This document shows positions 8,574 through 16,831 of a stretch of DNA of 33,343 nt, piece by piece (position 1 is the stretch's first letter; each line of letters opens with the position of its first letter). The DNA is from Patescibacteria group bacterium (GTDB lineage Bacteria > Patescibacteriota > Gracilibacteria > UM-FILTER-43-11), in the NCBI GenBank assembly GCA_029260985.1, contig JAJDCE010000036.1, positions 1 through 33,343 on the forward strand. Direction: 5' to 3'. The translations under genes and the position numbers were made by a program. The notes beneath the pieces were generated by a model that made no database searches, had not been told where the DNA came from, and saw only the letters and a program-made list of their open reading frames with translations.

Positions 8574-9156
8574 AGTCCGGATCATTAGACTCCTCCTTTG
8601 CTTGTTTTTGGGAGCGATGATAGCCCCAAACAACAAAGCCGAGAGAAGTTATCTGTTGAACGACGAGGTAGGGTTTGGACTGAACTGCCATTAGGGTGGC
8701 CATGCTGACATTCATCAAAGCGAAGAATAGCCATCCGATTGACTTCTTTTCGGCGAGAAGGTAGGTCCCCATCAGGAAGCCGATTGTCACACACAATTCC
8801 AGGAGCTGTGTAATTGACGTGAGTCCCCGATGATCATACAGGCTGTAGATAATACCGACAGCCAATAGTCCGTAGGCAAATAGACCGGCAAGGATTTTAA
8901 GGATTCTGGGTGTCTGTTCTTTTCCTTTCCAGGCAATCACTAGGCCAAGAAGCATAGCGGGCGCTCCACCGACTTCGGTCGATGTCACGATCCAGTCATG
9001 CTTTTCAGTCAGGATAACAAACCAGGCAGGAAGACCCAGGAGGTAAATAGACCAGCCGGCAATTTGCCACCTTTTGTCACCTCCTTCCCCTAAAGATAAG
9101 AATATTTTGTTCAGGAGGTAAAAGCCCCCTGCCCAAATCTGCAGGAAGACTTCCAT
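8572..9156 (-). CDS. Integral membrane protein, PnuC/nicotinamide-riboside-transporter-like
   Basis: About 7 TMs with two W-containing repeats (IAGWSIY, SIGWLFF). Family assignment is by recall only. Confidence 0.5.
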   Translation of the reverse strand: MEVFLQIWAGGFYLLNKIFLSLGEGGDKRWQIAGWSIYLLGLPAWFVILTEKHDWIVTSTEVGGAPAMLLGLVIAWKGKEQTPRILKILAGLFAYGLLAVGIIYSLYDHRGLTSITQLLELCVTIGFLMGTYLLAEKKSIGWLFFALMNVSMATLMAVQSKPYLVVQQITSLGFVVWGYHRSQKQAKEESNDPD

Positions 9157-9203
9157 CAAACACTTCCGATTCTTGTCGCGTTAATGTTAATGACCGGCCA
9201 CTT

Positions 9204-9232
9204 ATTCTAAAATATAAAAGTAGGCACGTCAA
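9204..9232 (-). promoter_or_regulatory. Sigma70-type promoter
   Basis: TTGACG-17 bp-TAGAAT on the minus strand, upstream of the PnuC-like gene. Confidence 0.65.
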
Positions 9233-11272
9233 TTATTTACCCTGAAGTGATTCAGACAGTTCCAAGGTCTTGATTGCCACCTTACTCATTTCAGCGCGGG
9301 TAATGGGGTTGCTGGGCAGAAATTGGCGCAAGGTGTGGTGTTTACCTGGTGTACCCGACATGATGCCGTGATTGATAGCAAAGCGGGCATAAGGGTAGAA
9401 CCACGCGCTCTTAGGCATGTCCACAAAATTCTTCTTAGCATTTTCAGGCAGTTCGTCAGGCACGTTGGCAATATCCAGTCCAAAAGCTTTGAAAAGAATC
9501 TTTACTGCCTCAGCCCGATTGATCAATTGACCAGGTTTAAAAGTCCCATCATTGTATCCTCCTATAAGCGATAAATCTTTAGCGGTCTTTACATAGGGAA
9601 CATACCAGGAAAAGAGAGGAACATCCTTAAACGGGGCCTCGTCTGATTCTTTGATAGTAGAAATGTCATAACCGGCAGCGCCAAGAGCGATCTTGATAAA
9701 TTCAGCCCGGGTCAGATAATCATTTGGAGCAAAAACTCCCTTATCCTTTCCGGTTACGATGCCTTTACGATAAAGCTCTTCGATGTAGTTTTTTGCCCAG
9801 TGAGTCGCCACGTCGTAAAATACAGTTCGGTTGTAATTCGTACCTGATTGAGAGACGAAGAATTGGTTGGAGCGATAAGCCGAAATGGTCACCTCCTTTT
9901 TGGTGAGATCAGACTCGTAAAGGCCTCGGTTATACTCCGTGTACTTTTCGGTAGAAGGATCATAGGTAAATACCCTCACTTCCTCATCCTGCTTCCACGC
10001 TTCTCCATAAGGGATCGTGATCTTAATGGGAGGCGAAAACTGAAGATCTTCGCCTTCAGCCGACTTGAATTCAAAAATAGACTTAAAGCTCCAGCCAAAG
10101 TTAATAGGGTAATCTTTTAGGTAAAGATTTTTAGGTTGTTTGATATAGCCCACAAAAGGTTTCCCATCAGAATCTTTTATGGTGGTGTTTTTTTCGAATT
10201 CAATGCGTGTGCCCCGTTCCAGATCTTTAAATAACACAGGCCTCGCAATCACTCCTTTGTGCTCCCTGGTAACATAGATGGCTGGTTTTGTAGCAATAGT
10301 CATCGGAGTATCAGAGGCAAATAGAGGGGCTGTAACCGCATTGACTTTATAATCGTCAGGGTCAGAACCGCCCAGTCGGATCACGCAGGTATTCGCTTTT
10401 AAAATAAAACCATAGTCACATTCCTCAATCTTGCATTCAGGGTATTTATCAATTACCTTTTTAGTATTTTCGTAAGCGGGGCATTTAAAGCTATAGCGAA
10501 TCGTCTGAAGCTCAGATTTATTGCCTAAATCATCCTCAGCAAACACCCGAAGAGTGGTTCCATCTTTCAGAGAGAAACTCTGTTTATAAACAGGGCTTTT
10601 GTCGGTTAGATTCACATCGTTAAGGGTGTAATAAATCTTTGCGGTTTCATCTAAAAACTCATCACTTTTTGTATAGTCACCAATATAGGCCTTTATCGTA
10701 ATATCCTGAGAGAAATGATAAGTCCCAGCAGAAGGTGTTACCACAACGGTTGGAGCCGTGTGATCCACCGCTTTTGCTGTCATAAAAGTGCTTATGTATG
10801 CCCCATCAAAACTTCCAACTAGCGTATTGCCAGGAGCATCTTGAACATTCCTGATCTTTATAGCATGGCTAGCTTCACTGAAAAGCTCCTGATTAATTTT
10901 AATATCGAGTGTTTTTAGATCATCGTGCAGGTCGAGGTCATAATCAAGTGGTGCAGTCTTATGCTCAAGAACAACATTAAACTTATTGATCGTCGTGTCC
11001 TTCATTGGCTCAGAAAAAGTGACCGTAATAGTATTCAGTAAAGTGCTTATATCAGTTGCCTGATAAGAAGGGGAGATAGACTCTATTGTTGGCGCATCCA
11101 TATCTTCGACTTTGCAATAAGCGCTGCACCCGTCCCGATCGATAAAATTACCGTCATCACACTCTTCGCCCGACTGCAATCCACCATCACCGCAATAAGC
11201 CAAAGTTAAAGTTGGAAAGAGGACAAGGCCTAAGAGAACAGGGCCAATGGTTTTTGTGAGCCTAGAAAACAT
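9233..11272 (-). CDS. Secreted S-layer-homology (SLH) surface protein with Cys-rich repeat and Ig-like domains
   Basis: Signal peptide; CGDG..EECDDGN..DGCSAYC (Myxococcus-type Cys-rich repeat); VTFSEPM Ig-like domain; IYYTLN domain; three SLH repeats (F.DV..HWA, LTRAE, INRAE, ITRAE). Confidence 0.88.
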   Translation of the reverse strand: MFSRLTKTIGPVLLGLVLFPTLTLAYCGDGGLQSGEECDDGNFIDRDGCSAYCKVEDMDAPTIESISPSYQATDISTLLNTITVTFSEPMKDTTINKFNVVLEHKTAPLDYDLDLHDDLKTLDIKINQELFSEASHAIKIRNVQDAPGNTLVGSFDGAYISTFMTAKAVDHTAPTVVVTPSAGTYHFSQDITIKAYIGDYTKSDEFLDETAKIYYTLNDVNLTDKSPVYKQSFSLKDGTTLRVFAEDDLGNKSELQTIRYSFKCPAYENTKKVIDKYPECKIEECDYGFILKANTCVIRLGGSDPDDYKVNAVTAPLFASDTPMTIATKPAIYVTREHKGVIARPVLFKDLERGTRIEFEKNTTIKDSDGKPFVGYIKQPKNLYLKDYPINFGWSFKSIFEFKSAEGEDLQFSPPIKITIPYGEAWKQDEEVRVFTYDPSTEKYTEYNRGLYESDLTKKEVTISAYRSNQFFVSQSGTNYNRTVFYDVATHWAKNYIEELYRKGIVTGKDKGVFAPNDYLTRAEFIKIALGAAGYDISTIKESDEAPFKDVPLFSWYVPYVKTAKDLSLIGGYNDGTFKPGQLINRAEAVKILFKAFGLDIANVPDELPENAKKNFVDMPKSAWFYPYARFAINHGIMSGTPGKHHTLRQFLPSNPITRAEMSKVAIKTLELSESLQGK

Positions 11273-11292
11273 ACTTTTTGTATTAATTTGAT

Positions 11293-11703
11293 CTAATAAA
11301 GAAAATAGCTGATTCCCATCGCAGCGGCCATATTGATGATGAGTCCGTTTACAAGCTCTAAAGCAAGTAGGCGCATGGGGTAATTAACCATCACAAACAT
11401 GTCAAGAAAACGGGGAAGAATACGGATCAGAAAAATGAAAAGGCCAAAATAAAGACCGGCTGCTATCCAGCTGGTAGCCGGATGAATAGTAATTAGACTA
11501 AAAACAAGGGCATAAATGAAAACTTCCAGCATCAAAGACAGGAAATGACTGAGCATAAAAAGCTTCTGATTCTTCCAGGTTTTAAGAATACCGGTTTTAG
11601 TCGATTTTCGATAAAGCTTAGAAGCCAACGGGTTCGTATAAACAAGCGATGCCACAATAAAGGCAATAACGGTAACAATGAGAGTTGTTTTTAAAATTTC
11701 CAT
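11293..11703 (-). CDS. Hypothetical four-TM membrane protein (possibly DUF1761-like)
   Basis: 136 aa with four hydrophobic segments, co-oriented with efp and the SLH gene. Confidence 0.65.
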   Translation of the reverse strand: MEILKTTLIVTVIAFIVASLVYTNPLASKLYRKSTKTGILKTWKNQKLFMLSHFLSLMLEVFIYALVFSLITIHPATSWIAAGLYFGLFIFLIRILPRFLDMFVMVNYPMRLLALELVNGLIINMAAAMGISYFLY

Positions 11704-11765
11704 CCTATTTTAAGTTTATATAATTAAGCGAGGTATAAATATTAAACTCCCAACTCCCAACTCAT

Positions 11766-12326
11766 CTAAGTAACACGGCTGACATAATCACCCGAATCCG
11801 TATTCACCAAAATAACATCCCCTTCATTAACAAAAAGAGGAACAGAAATGGTAATACCGGTTTCAAGAACGGCTGGTTTAGTGCCGCCCTGGACTGTGTC
11901 GCCTTTTACTCCGGGCGGAGTCTCAACAACTCTCAGTTCGATTTTAATCGGAGGCTGAACCGAAATGGGCTTTCCCTCATAAAAGGTGACATAAACTTCA
12001 GTATCATCTTTTAGATAGGGGAGTGCACCCTCAACTTGATCTGTTGGAAGCTGAAACTGTTCGAACGATTCATTGTTCATGAAATGAGCGGTTCCGTCAT
12101 CACGATACAAATACTGACAACGGTGATTTTCAATTTCCGCAAATTCAAAAGACTCACCCGCAAGAAAAGTTTTGTCCAATGCGGCTCCATTTACTAAATT
12201 CTTAAGCTTGGTCCGCATCACGGGTTTTCGTGCCTGCTTACGATTAAACTGGCTCCAGGTTACCAAATATGGATCACCGCCAATTTTTACAATCGTCCCA
12301 GTTTTAATGTCGGTCAAACTAGCCAT
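11766..12326 (-). CDS. efp: Elongation factor P
   Basis: Motifs RTKLKNL, QYLYRD, FMNNESFEQ, TPPGVKGDT, KPAVLETG and VPLFV. Confidence 0.96.
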   Translation of the reverse strand: MASLTDIKTGTIVKIGGDPYLVTWSQFNRKQARKPVMRTKLKNLVNGAALDKTFLAGESFEFAEIENHRCQYLYRDDGTAHFMNNESFEQFQLPTDQVEGALPYLKDDTEVYVTFYEGKPISVQPPIKIELRVVETPPGVKGDTVQGGTKPAVLETGITISVPLFVNEGDVILVNTDSGDYVSRVT

Positions 12327-12436
12327 AATAGGAGTTAAATTTAGCCAAAACAGTATAGCATAATTCTGATAATTTGCATTCCGGAAAAATTTGTTATAAT
12401 CATTAACAACGAAGTATAAATTTAACCCAACAAATT

Positions 12437-12862
12437 ATGAAATCGAAAAATTGCAGAGACTGGGGCATGCTGGTCGTCCGGATCTTAATTGGACTTCTAT
12501 TTATCATGGCGGCAGTCAATAAATTCCAGAATATTGATGCTGTGGCGGGCGCTATCGACAGTACCTGGCTTCCAGCGGGTAATACACTTGCTTGGGCTTC
12601 AGCCATTTTAGAGTTGCTTGGCGGGCTCATGATTGTTCTTGGGATCCATGCCAACGGCGCTGCCTTAATATTGGCAGCGTATGTCTTGATCACCACCCTT
12701 ACCTTTCACTTAGACTTCAGCGATCAAGGCCAGACTATTCAGCTTCTCAAAAACTTAGCTGTTATTGGTGGATTATTGTCATTATTTTTCAATGGCGGAG
12801 GAAGGTTTTTAGCGGTGAAATGTAAGTGCTGTAACTCATGCGGCACCTGCAGCACAAAATAA
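12437..12862 (+). CDS. DoxX family membrane protein
   Basis: Motifs RILIGLLFI...K, ELLGGL and KNLAVIGGLL, followed by a Cys-rich tail. Confidence 0.9.
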   Translation: MKSKNCRDWGMLVVRILIGLLFIMAAVNKFQNIDAVAGAIDSTWLPAGNTLAWASAILELLGGLMIVLGIHANGAALILAAYVLITTLTFHLDFSDQGQTIQLLKNLAVIGGLLSLFFNGGGRFLAVKCKCCNSCGTCSTK

Positions 12863-12883
12863 AGTAGTTTCAAAAAGAACTAT

Positions 12884-12915
12884 TAAAAACGCTCGCTGAC
12901 TAGTGGGCGTTTTTA
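12884..12915. terminator. Bidirectional intrinsic terminator
   Basis: taaaaacgctcgct-gact-agtgggcgttttta between the convergent DoxX and IMPase genes. Confidence 0.8.
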
Positions 12916-12925
12916 GTGAACAATT

Positions 12926-13717
12926 TTATTGTTCAATCGAACGCTTGAAAATCTCAATCACTTCCTCATGAATTGAAGTCCCATTACTCACCATTATATT
13001 AGAATCCCCGGGAACCCAGTCCTTTCCGTCAAAGTCAGTCGCTCTGCCACCGGCCTCCCGAACCAAAAGCGCTCCGGCCGCCATATCCCACAGGGGGAGT
13101 TTATTCATCAGATAAGCGTCACAAATCCCCTTAGCCACCAATGCCATCTCACTGCCGGCACTCCTAAGTCGGGACGCATCCCGGGCAGCGATCTTAAGTT
13201 CAACCACATATCGTTCAGCTTCCCGAATCGATTTTTCATCAGGCGCATGGCAATAGAGGAGCATCGAATCACCAATAACCTCCTGTTTAGACACATGAAT
13301 AGGCTCTCCATTTCGGAAGGCACCACCCCCTTTGGAGGCATGATAAAGATGATCAACAATCGGTTCATAAATCACAGACACCACTGGCTCTTTATTTTGC
13401 AGTAAGCAAAGCATGGTACAGAAAAAAGGATTCTCTGTTGCGTAATTCTTTGTGCCGTCCAATGGATCAATAACCCAAACAAGCTCACGTTCAGTTCGCT
13501 CAGATGTACCTTCTTCTCCGATAATCCCATGATCCGGAAAACGCTTTTTAATTTCATCGGCATAAAATCGCTCTACTTTTTTGTCGATTTCTGTCACCAA
13601 ATCACGAGGCCCTTTAAGTTGGATTTGCTCGGGGCTAAGTTTTCCAAAATTTTCTTTAAGAATAGCTCCGGCTTTTCGGGCGGTTTCCTGGGCGAATTTA
13701 AGATAGTCTTCAGTCAT
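12926..13717 (-). CDS. suhB: Inositol monophosphatase family protein (SuhB-like)
   Basis: Motifs DLVTEID, IIGEE, WVIDPLDGTKNY and WDMAAGALLVREAGG. Start set at ATG 13717 because the longer ORF overlaps the tRNA. Confidence 0.9.
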   Translation of the reverse strand: MTEDYLKFAQETARKAGAILKENFGKLSPEQIQLKGPRDLVTEIDKKVERFYADEIKKRFPDHGIIGEEGTSERTERELVWVIDPLDGTKNYATENPFFCTMLCLLQNKEPVVSVIYEPIVDHLYHASKGGGAFRNGEPIHVSKQEVIGDSMLLYCHAPDEKSIREAERYVVELKIAARDASRLRSAGSEMALVAKGICDAYLMNKLPLWDMAAGALLVREAGGRATDFDGKDWVPGDSNIMVSNGTSIHEEVIEIFKRSIEQ

Positions 13718-13754
13718 AAGATCATCGTTATTATCCAGTGGAGTGGTGGGTCTG

Positions 13755-13772
13755 GTCCCGCCTTGGCGGGAC
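13755..13772. repeat. GC-rich hairpin downstream of the tRNA
   Basis: gtcccgcc-tt-ggcgggac, with no U-tract. Confidence 0.6.
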
Positions 13773-13789
13773 GACCAATCTAGTTGCGT

Positions 13790-13865
13790 TGGTGGGCCTG
13801 GTTGGAATTGAACCAACGACCAATCGGTTATGAGCCGACTGCTCTAACCACTGAGCTACAGGCCC
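13790..13865 (-). tRNA. tRNA with CAU anticodon, most likely tRNA-Ile2 (lysidine)
   Basis: GGGCCTGTAGCTCAGTGGTTAGAGCAGTCGGCTCATAACCGATTGGTCGTTGGTTCAATTCCAACCAGGCCCACCA: 76 nt cloverleaf with encoded CCA. Paired G1-C72 and no GGG/CCC anticodon stem argue against initiator tRNA; it resembles ileX-type tRNAs. Confidence 0.93.
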
Positions 13866-13958
13866 ACTGACCCGTTTAAGATATACGATAAACTACCCCC
13901 CTGCAAGATCAATGAGCTTTACAAATACGGTATAGAATGAGCCCCATAACATATAATA

Positions 13959-13989
13959 AAAAAGCAGAACCGCTAGGATCCTGCTTTTT
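13959..13989 (-). terminator. Intrinsic terminator of the RRM gene
   Basis: aaaaagcag...ctgcttttt inverted repeat with A/T tails. Confidence 0.7.
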
Positions 13990-14013
13990 CAGTTTGAGTG
14001 ATTAAATCACTGA

Positions 14014-14271
14014 CTAGCTCTCTTCACGAGGACGAGCTTCGTTTACGATGATCGCACGACCATCAAGCTCTTTTTCGTGCCACATTTCAATAGCAGCCTG
14101 AGCCTCTTCAGGAGAACCCATTTCAACAAAGCCGAAGCCTTTTGAACGACCTGACATACGGTCAGTGATAACGGTGGCTGAAACAACAGTTCCTGCCTGT
14201 TCGAAAGCTTCTTTCAAAGAGTCATCTTTGACACCCCATGAAAGGCTTCCAACAAATAACTTGGTACTCAT
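14014..14271 (-). CDS. RRM RNA-binding protein
   Basis: RNP2 KLFVGSL and RNP1 KGFGFVEM, plus VNEARPRE. Confidence 0.95.
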   Translation of the reverse strand: MSTKLFVGSLSWGVKDDSLKEAFEQAGTVVSATVITDRMSGRSKGFGFVEMGSPEEAQAAIEMWHEKELDGRAIIVNEARPREES

Positions 14272-14448
14272 AATAATTATGGTAAAGAAATATTAACAAT
14301 TGATCTCATTCTTTGACCTTAATTAACTAAAATGAACCAAGGGAACGAATTAACAAAAATTGCAAAAAAGATTATGACTATAAATAGAGTGAGAAGCAAG
14401 CAAAAAAACGCCAAAACAAAAATCTATCTAAGTTAAAGGCGAAGACGA

Positions 14449-16188
14449 CTAAGTGCGACGATGGCGATGCTGCTGCTTTTTGAGGGCGAGATACTTATTA
14501 TAACCCTCACGTTTATAAGCATATTTGGTCAATGACTCAGCTTTCTTAATATGGCCCTGATTTTGCATTACTTTCGCCCACCCGGGTGAGCCAATTTCGA
14601 AATGCCAATATTCAGCGCTATACCGCACAAAACCAGCTCGGTTCATACAATATTCAAGAATATCTTTAAATCGATCCGATTTTGATGATGATGAGGTTAA
14701 TTTTTTACCAGTACTCAGATTAACAAGCATCACGTCCGTCGCCCCACCAGAATGATGCCATGACGTACCAGGAGCCGCCACATATTTACCCCTACGCTTA
14801 GGGGAAGTTCGTTCATAAATGCTCTGTTGGGAGTCGTAAGATCGATAACCGGAAAAAATCCTTATATCATAACCCAGGTTGCGAGCTACTTGTCTGGCAT
14901 ATTGAAAAGAGCCATTAACCGATTCCTTTAATTTGTACCGCTTGGATAAGGCATCCTGAGCTGATACCAGTGATTCGTTGGTTGAAAAGTTGTTAGTAAG
15001 CTTTCTGACCTGGGATGTATCAGGCTTGTACTTAAGAACGCGACTGCCTGATTTCGACATAATCACAGATTCTTGGCGTCGAGCAAACCTCTCTTTCTCA
15101 GAGTCAGTTTGAGGGCTTTTCTCAATGGGTTTATTCCCAACCAGGCCAAGTACATTGGGGATCACTTTCCCACTTGTTATTATCGCCCCGTGACTAAAGC
15201 GTGTTTCGATAAGAACTACTTTTGCATTGCTTAGCTTCGCAGTAATGCTGGTAGGGGTTTTCTTGAGTATAGTGGCATCTGGGAAGGGTTTTAAAAATTT
15301 GCGGGCTGCTTTTTGGTGATTGTAGTAAGGATTTTTAGGGCTGGCGACGACCACCATTTTGTGACCTTCCTTCTTAGCCCAGCGATGGAATTTTTTGTGA
15401 TATCCATAAAACGAATCCAGAAGAATTATATTCTTCACATCCTTGTTATGCAGCCACGAGGCAATGGTGGTATAGGCTCCGCTATGCCCAATCAGGGTGA
15501 CATTATTTTTTGCTTCAGCACCGGTTTTAGCTTTAGAAAACGATATTAAGCCCTTTAAATCTAACTTTCGCTTTGAATTCTCTCGCCCATTCCAGTATTT
15601 CCCACTCTCCTTATTGTCGTTGGGGCCTTGAGGCACTATAAAAAGAGCTTTCTTACCACTTTTCTTGAATTGCTGTCGGAGTTTTCCATAACGGCTCCAG
15701 AAGTGATCTGGATTCTTTCGGAATATTTTCTTTTTTTGACTGTAGCCATGAAGTGCAACGACAATTTCTGTTGGTGGGTCACCTCGATACTCCGGATGCC
15801 ACACATGAACCACTCCGTACTTCGGGTGCTTAAGTCTCCAATAGCCTTCAGGGTGTAGCTTCTCAATCTTTTCAGGTGCTGTCGGTTCAGTCTGTCGTAT
15901 TCTTGTGTCGATTTGCTGCTTTAATTTGGCTTTTGCAGTTTTAATTGGAGTGCTTGTTTCTTTTTTCTCCCCCGTCTTTATTCCTTTAATCACTTCTGCC
16001 CATCCGATCAATGGCCCCATCAGAGAAGCCATAAGTCCTTTTTCCTTCGTATTTTTGAAGAACTCCTTAAACCACGAGAAAATCTCCTGAGATCCTTTGA
16101 CAAATCCTTCTTTTACAGATTTGCCTAAGTCTTTCAAGGCATCATGCGTTCTTTTCTTTTTCTCTGGTGTGATGAGTTTATCGAGCAC
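14449..16188 (-). CDS. Alpha/beta-hydrolase-like domain fused to an M15 (VanX/VanY-type) D,D-peptidase
   Basis: Central motifs VVALHG, LIGHSGAY, IILLDSFYG and SHG. C-terminal motifs SGYRSYDSQ, SWHHSGGATD (SxHxxGxAxD) and EYWHF (ExWH). GTG start. Confidence 0.8.
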   Translation of the reverse strand: MLDKLITPEKKKRTHDALKDLGKSVKEGFVKGSQEIFSWFKEFFKNTKEKGLMASLMGPLIGWAEVIKGIKTGEKKETSTPIKTAKAKLKQQIDTRIRQTEPTAPEKIEKLHPEGYWRLKHPKYGVVHVWHPEYRGDPPTEIVVALHGYSQKKKIFRKNPDHFWSRYGKLRQQFKKSGKKALFIVPQGPNDNKESGKYWNGRENSKRKLDLKGLISFSKAKTGAEAKNNVTLIGHSGAYTTIASWLHNKDVKNIILLDSFYGYHKKFHRWAKKEGHKMVVVASPKNPYYNHQKAARKFLKPFPDATILKKTPTSITAKLSNAKVVLIETRFSHGAIITSGKVIPNVLGLVGNKPIEKSPQTDSEKERFARRQESVIMSKSGSRVLKYKPDTSQVRKLTNNFSTNESLVSAQDALSKRYKLKESVNGSFQYARQVARNLGYDIRIFSGYRSYDSQQSIYERTSPKRRGKYVAAPGTSWHHSGGATDVMLVNLSTGKKLTSSSSKSDRFKDILEYCMNRAGFVRYSAEYWHFEIGSPGWAKVMQNQGHIKKAESLTKYAYKREGYNKYLALKKQQHRHRRT

Positions 16189-16264
16189 AAGTAAATCATT
16201 ATAATCTAATTATTATAACATATTTACTTAAAAGTATCAATAGATACCAAAAAGGCGTCGGTCA

Positions 16265-16316
16265 GCCTGCCGGCTGGCAGGCAGGTCCGAAATCAATACG
16301 AAATCAACACGAAATT
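16265..16316. repeat. GC hairpin plus 11-bp tandem repeat downstream of rplI
   Basis: gcctgcc-ggct-ggcaggc (16265-16282), then cgaaatcaata cgaaatcaaca cgaaatt. Confidence 0.7.
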
Positions 16317-16758
16317 ACTCCGCTTCAATCACCACCTTAACCTCAGTTGAAATATCCTCATTCAGCTGAAGTTTTACTTTATGTTCTCCTAAATCTTTTA
16401 ATGGTTCATCAAGTTTAACCATATCCTTAGAGATTTCTACCTTCTGCTCCTTCTTCAGAGCGTCAATAAGGTCAGTCTCTTTAATAGAACCATATAGCTT
16501 TTCACCTCGTGCCTTTTTCTTGAAAGTGAGAACAGCATCTTTAAGTTTGTCAGCCACTTCCTTGGCATTTTCCAGAACAGCCTCAAGTTTAGCAGAAACC
16601 TTAGCTTTCATTCCTTCAGCTTTCTTTAGCTCACCGGCAGTGGCAATAACTGCAAGCTTTTGGGGAAGCAAAAAATTTCGGGCGTAACCGACTTTTACAT
16701 TCACCACATCATAAGGATTTCCGAGCTTAGGAACACGTTTTTTTAGTACGACTTGCAT
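16315..16758 (-). CDS. rplI: 50S ribosomal protein L9
   Basis: Motifs VKVGYARNFLLP, KLYGSI and LGEHKV. Confidence 0.97.
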   Translation of the reverse strand: MQVVLKKRVPKLGNPYDVVNVKVGYARNFLLPQKLAVIATAGELKKAEGMKAKVSAKLEAVLENAKEVADKLKDAVLTFKKKARGEKLYGSIKETDLIDALKKEQKVEISKDMVKLDEPLKDLGEHKVKLQLNEDISTEVKVVIEAE

Positions 16759-16765
16759 CTGAATT

Positions 16766-16830
16766 TAATTAGGAATTAGAAATTATGAATTTTGGGCTTA
16801 GAACTTAAGACTTATAGCTTAAGGCTAAGG
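16766..16830 (+). repeat. Degenerate heptamer tandem repeats
   Basis: aattagg aattaga aattatg, then cttagaa cttaaga cttatag cttaagg. Confidence 0.7.
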
Positions 16831-16831
16831 A

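Noticed and set aside
13718-13816. N-terminal extension of the IMPase ORF
   Set aside because: It overlaps the tRNA and hairpin, and homology begins at MTEDY (13717).
13790-13865. tRNA as an integration site
   Set aside because: No duplicated tRNA 3' end or integrase was seen in the window.
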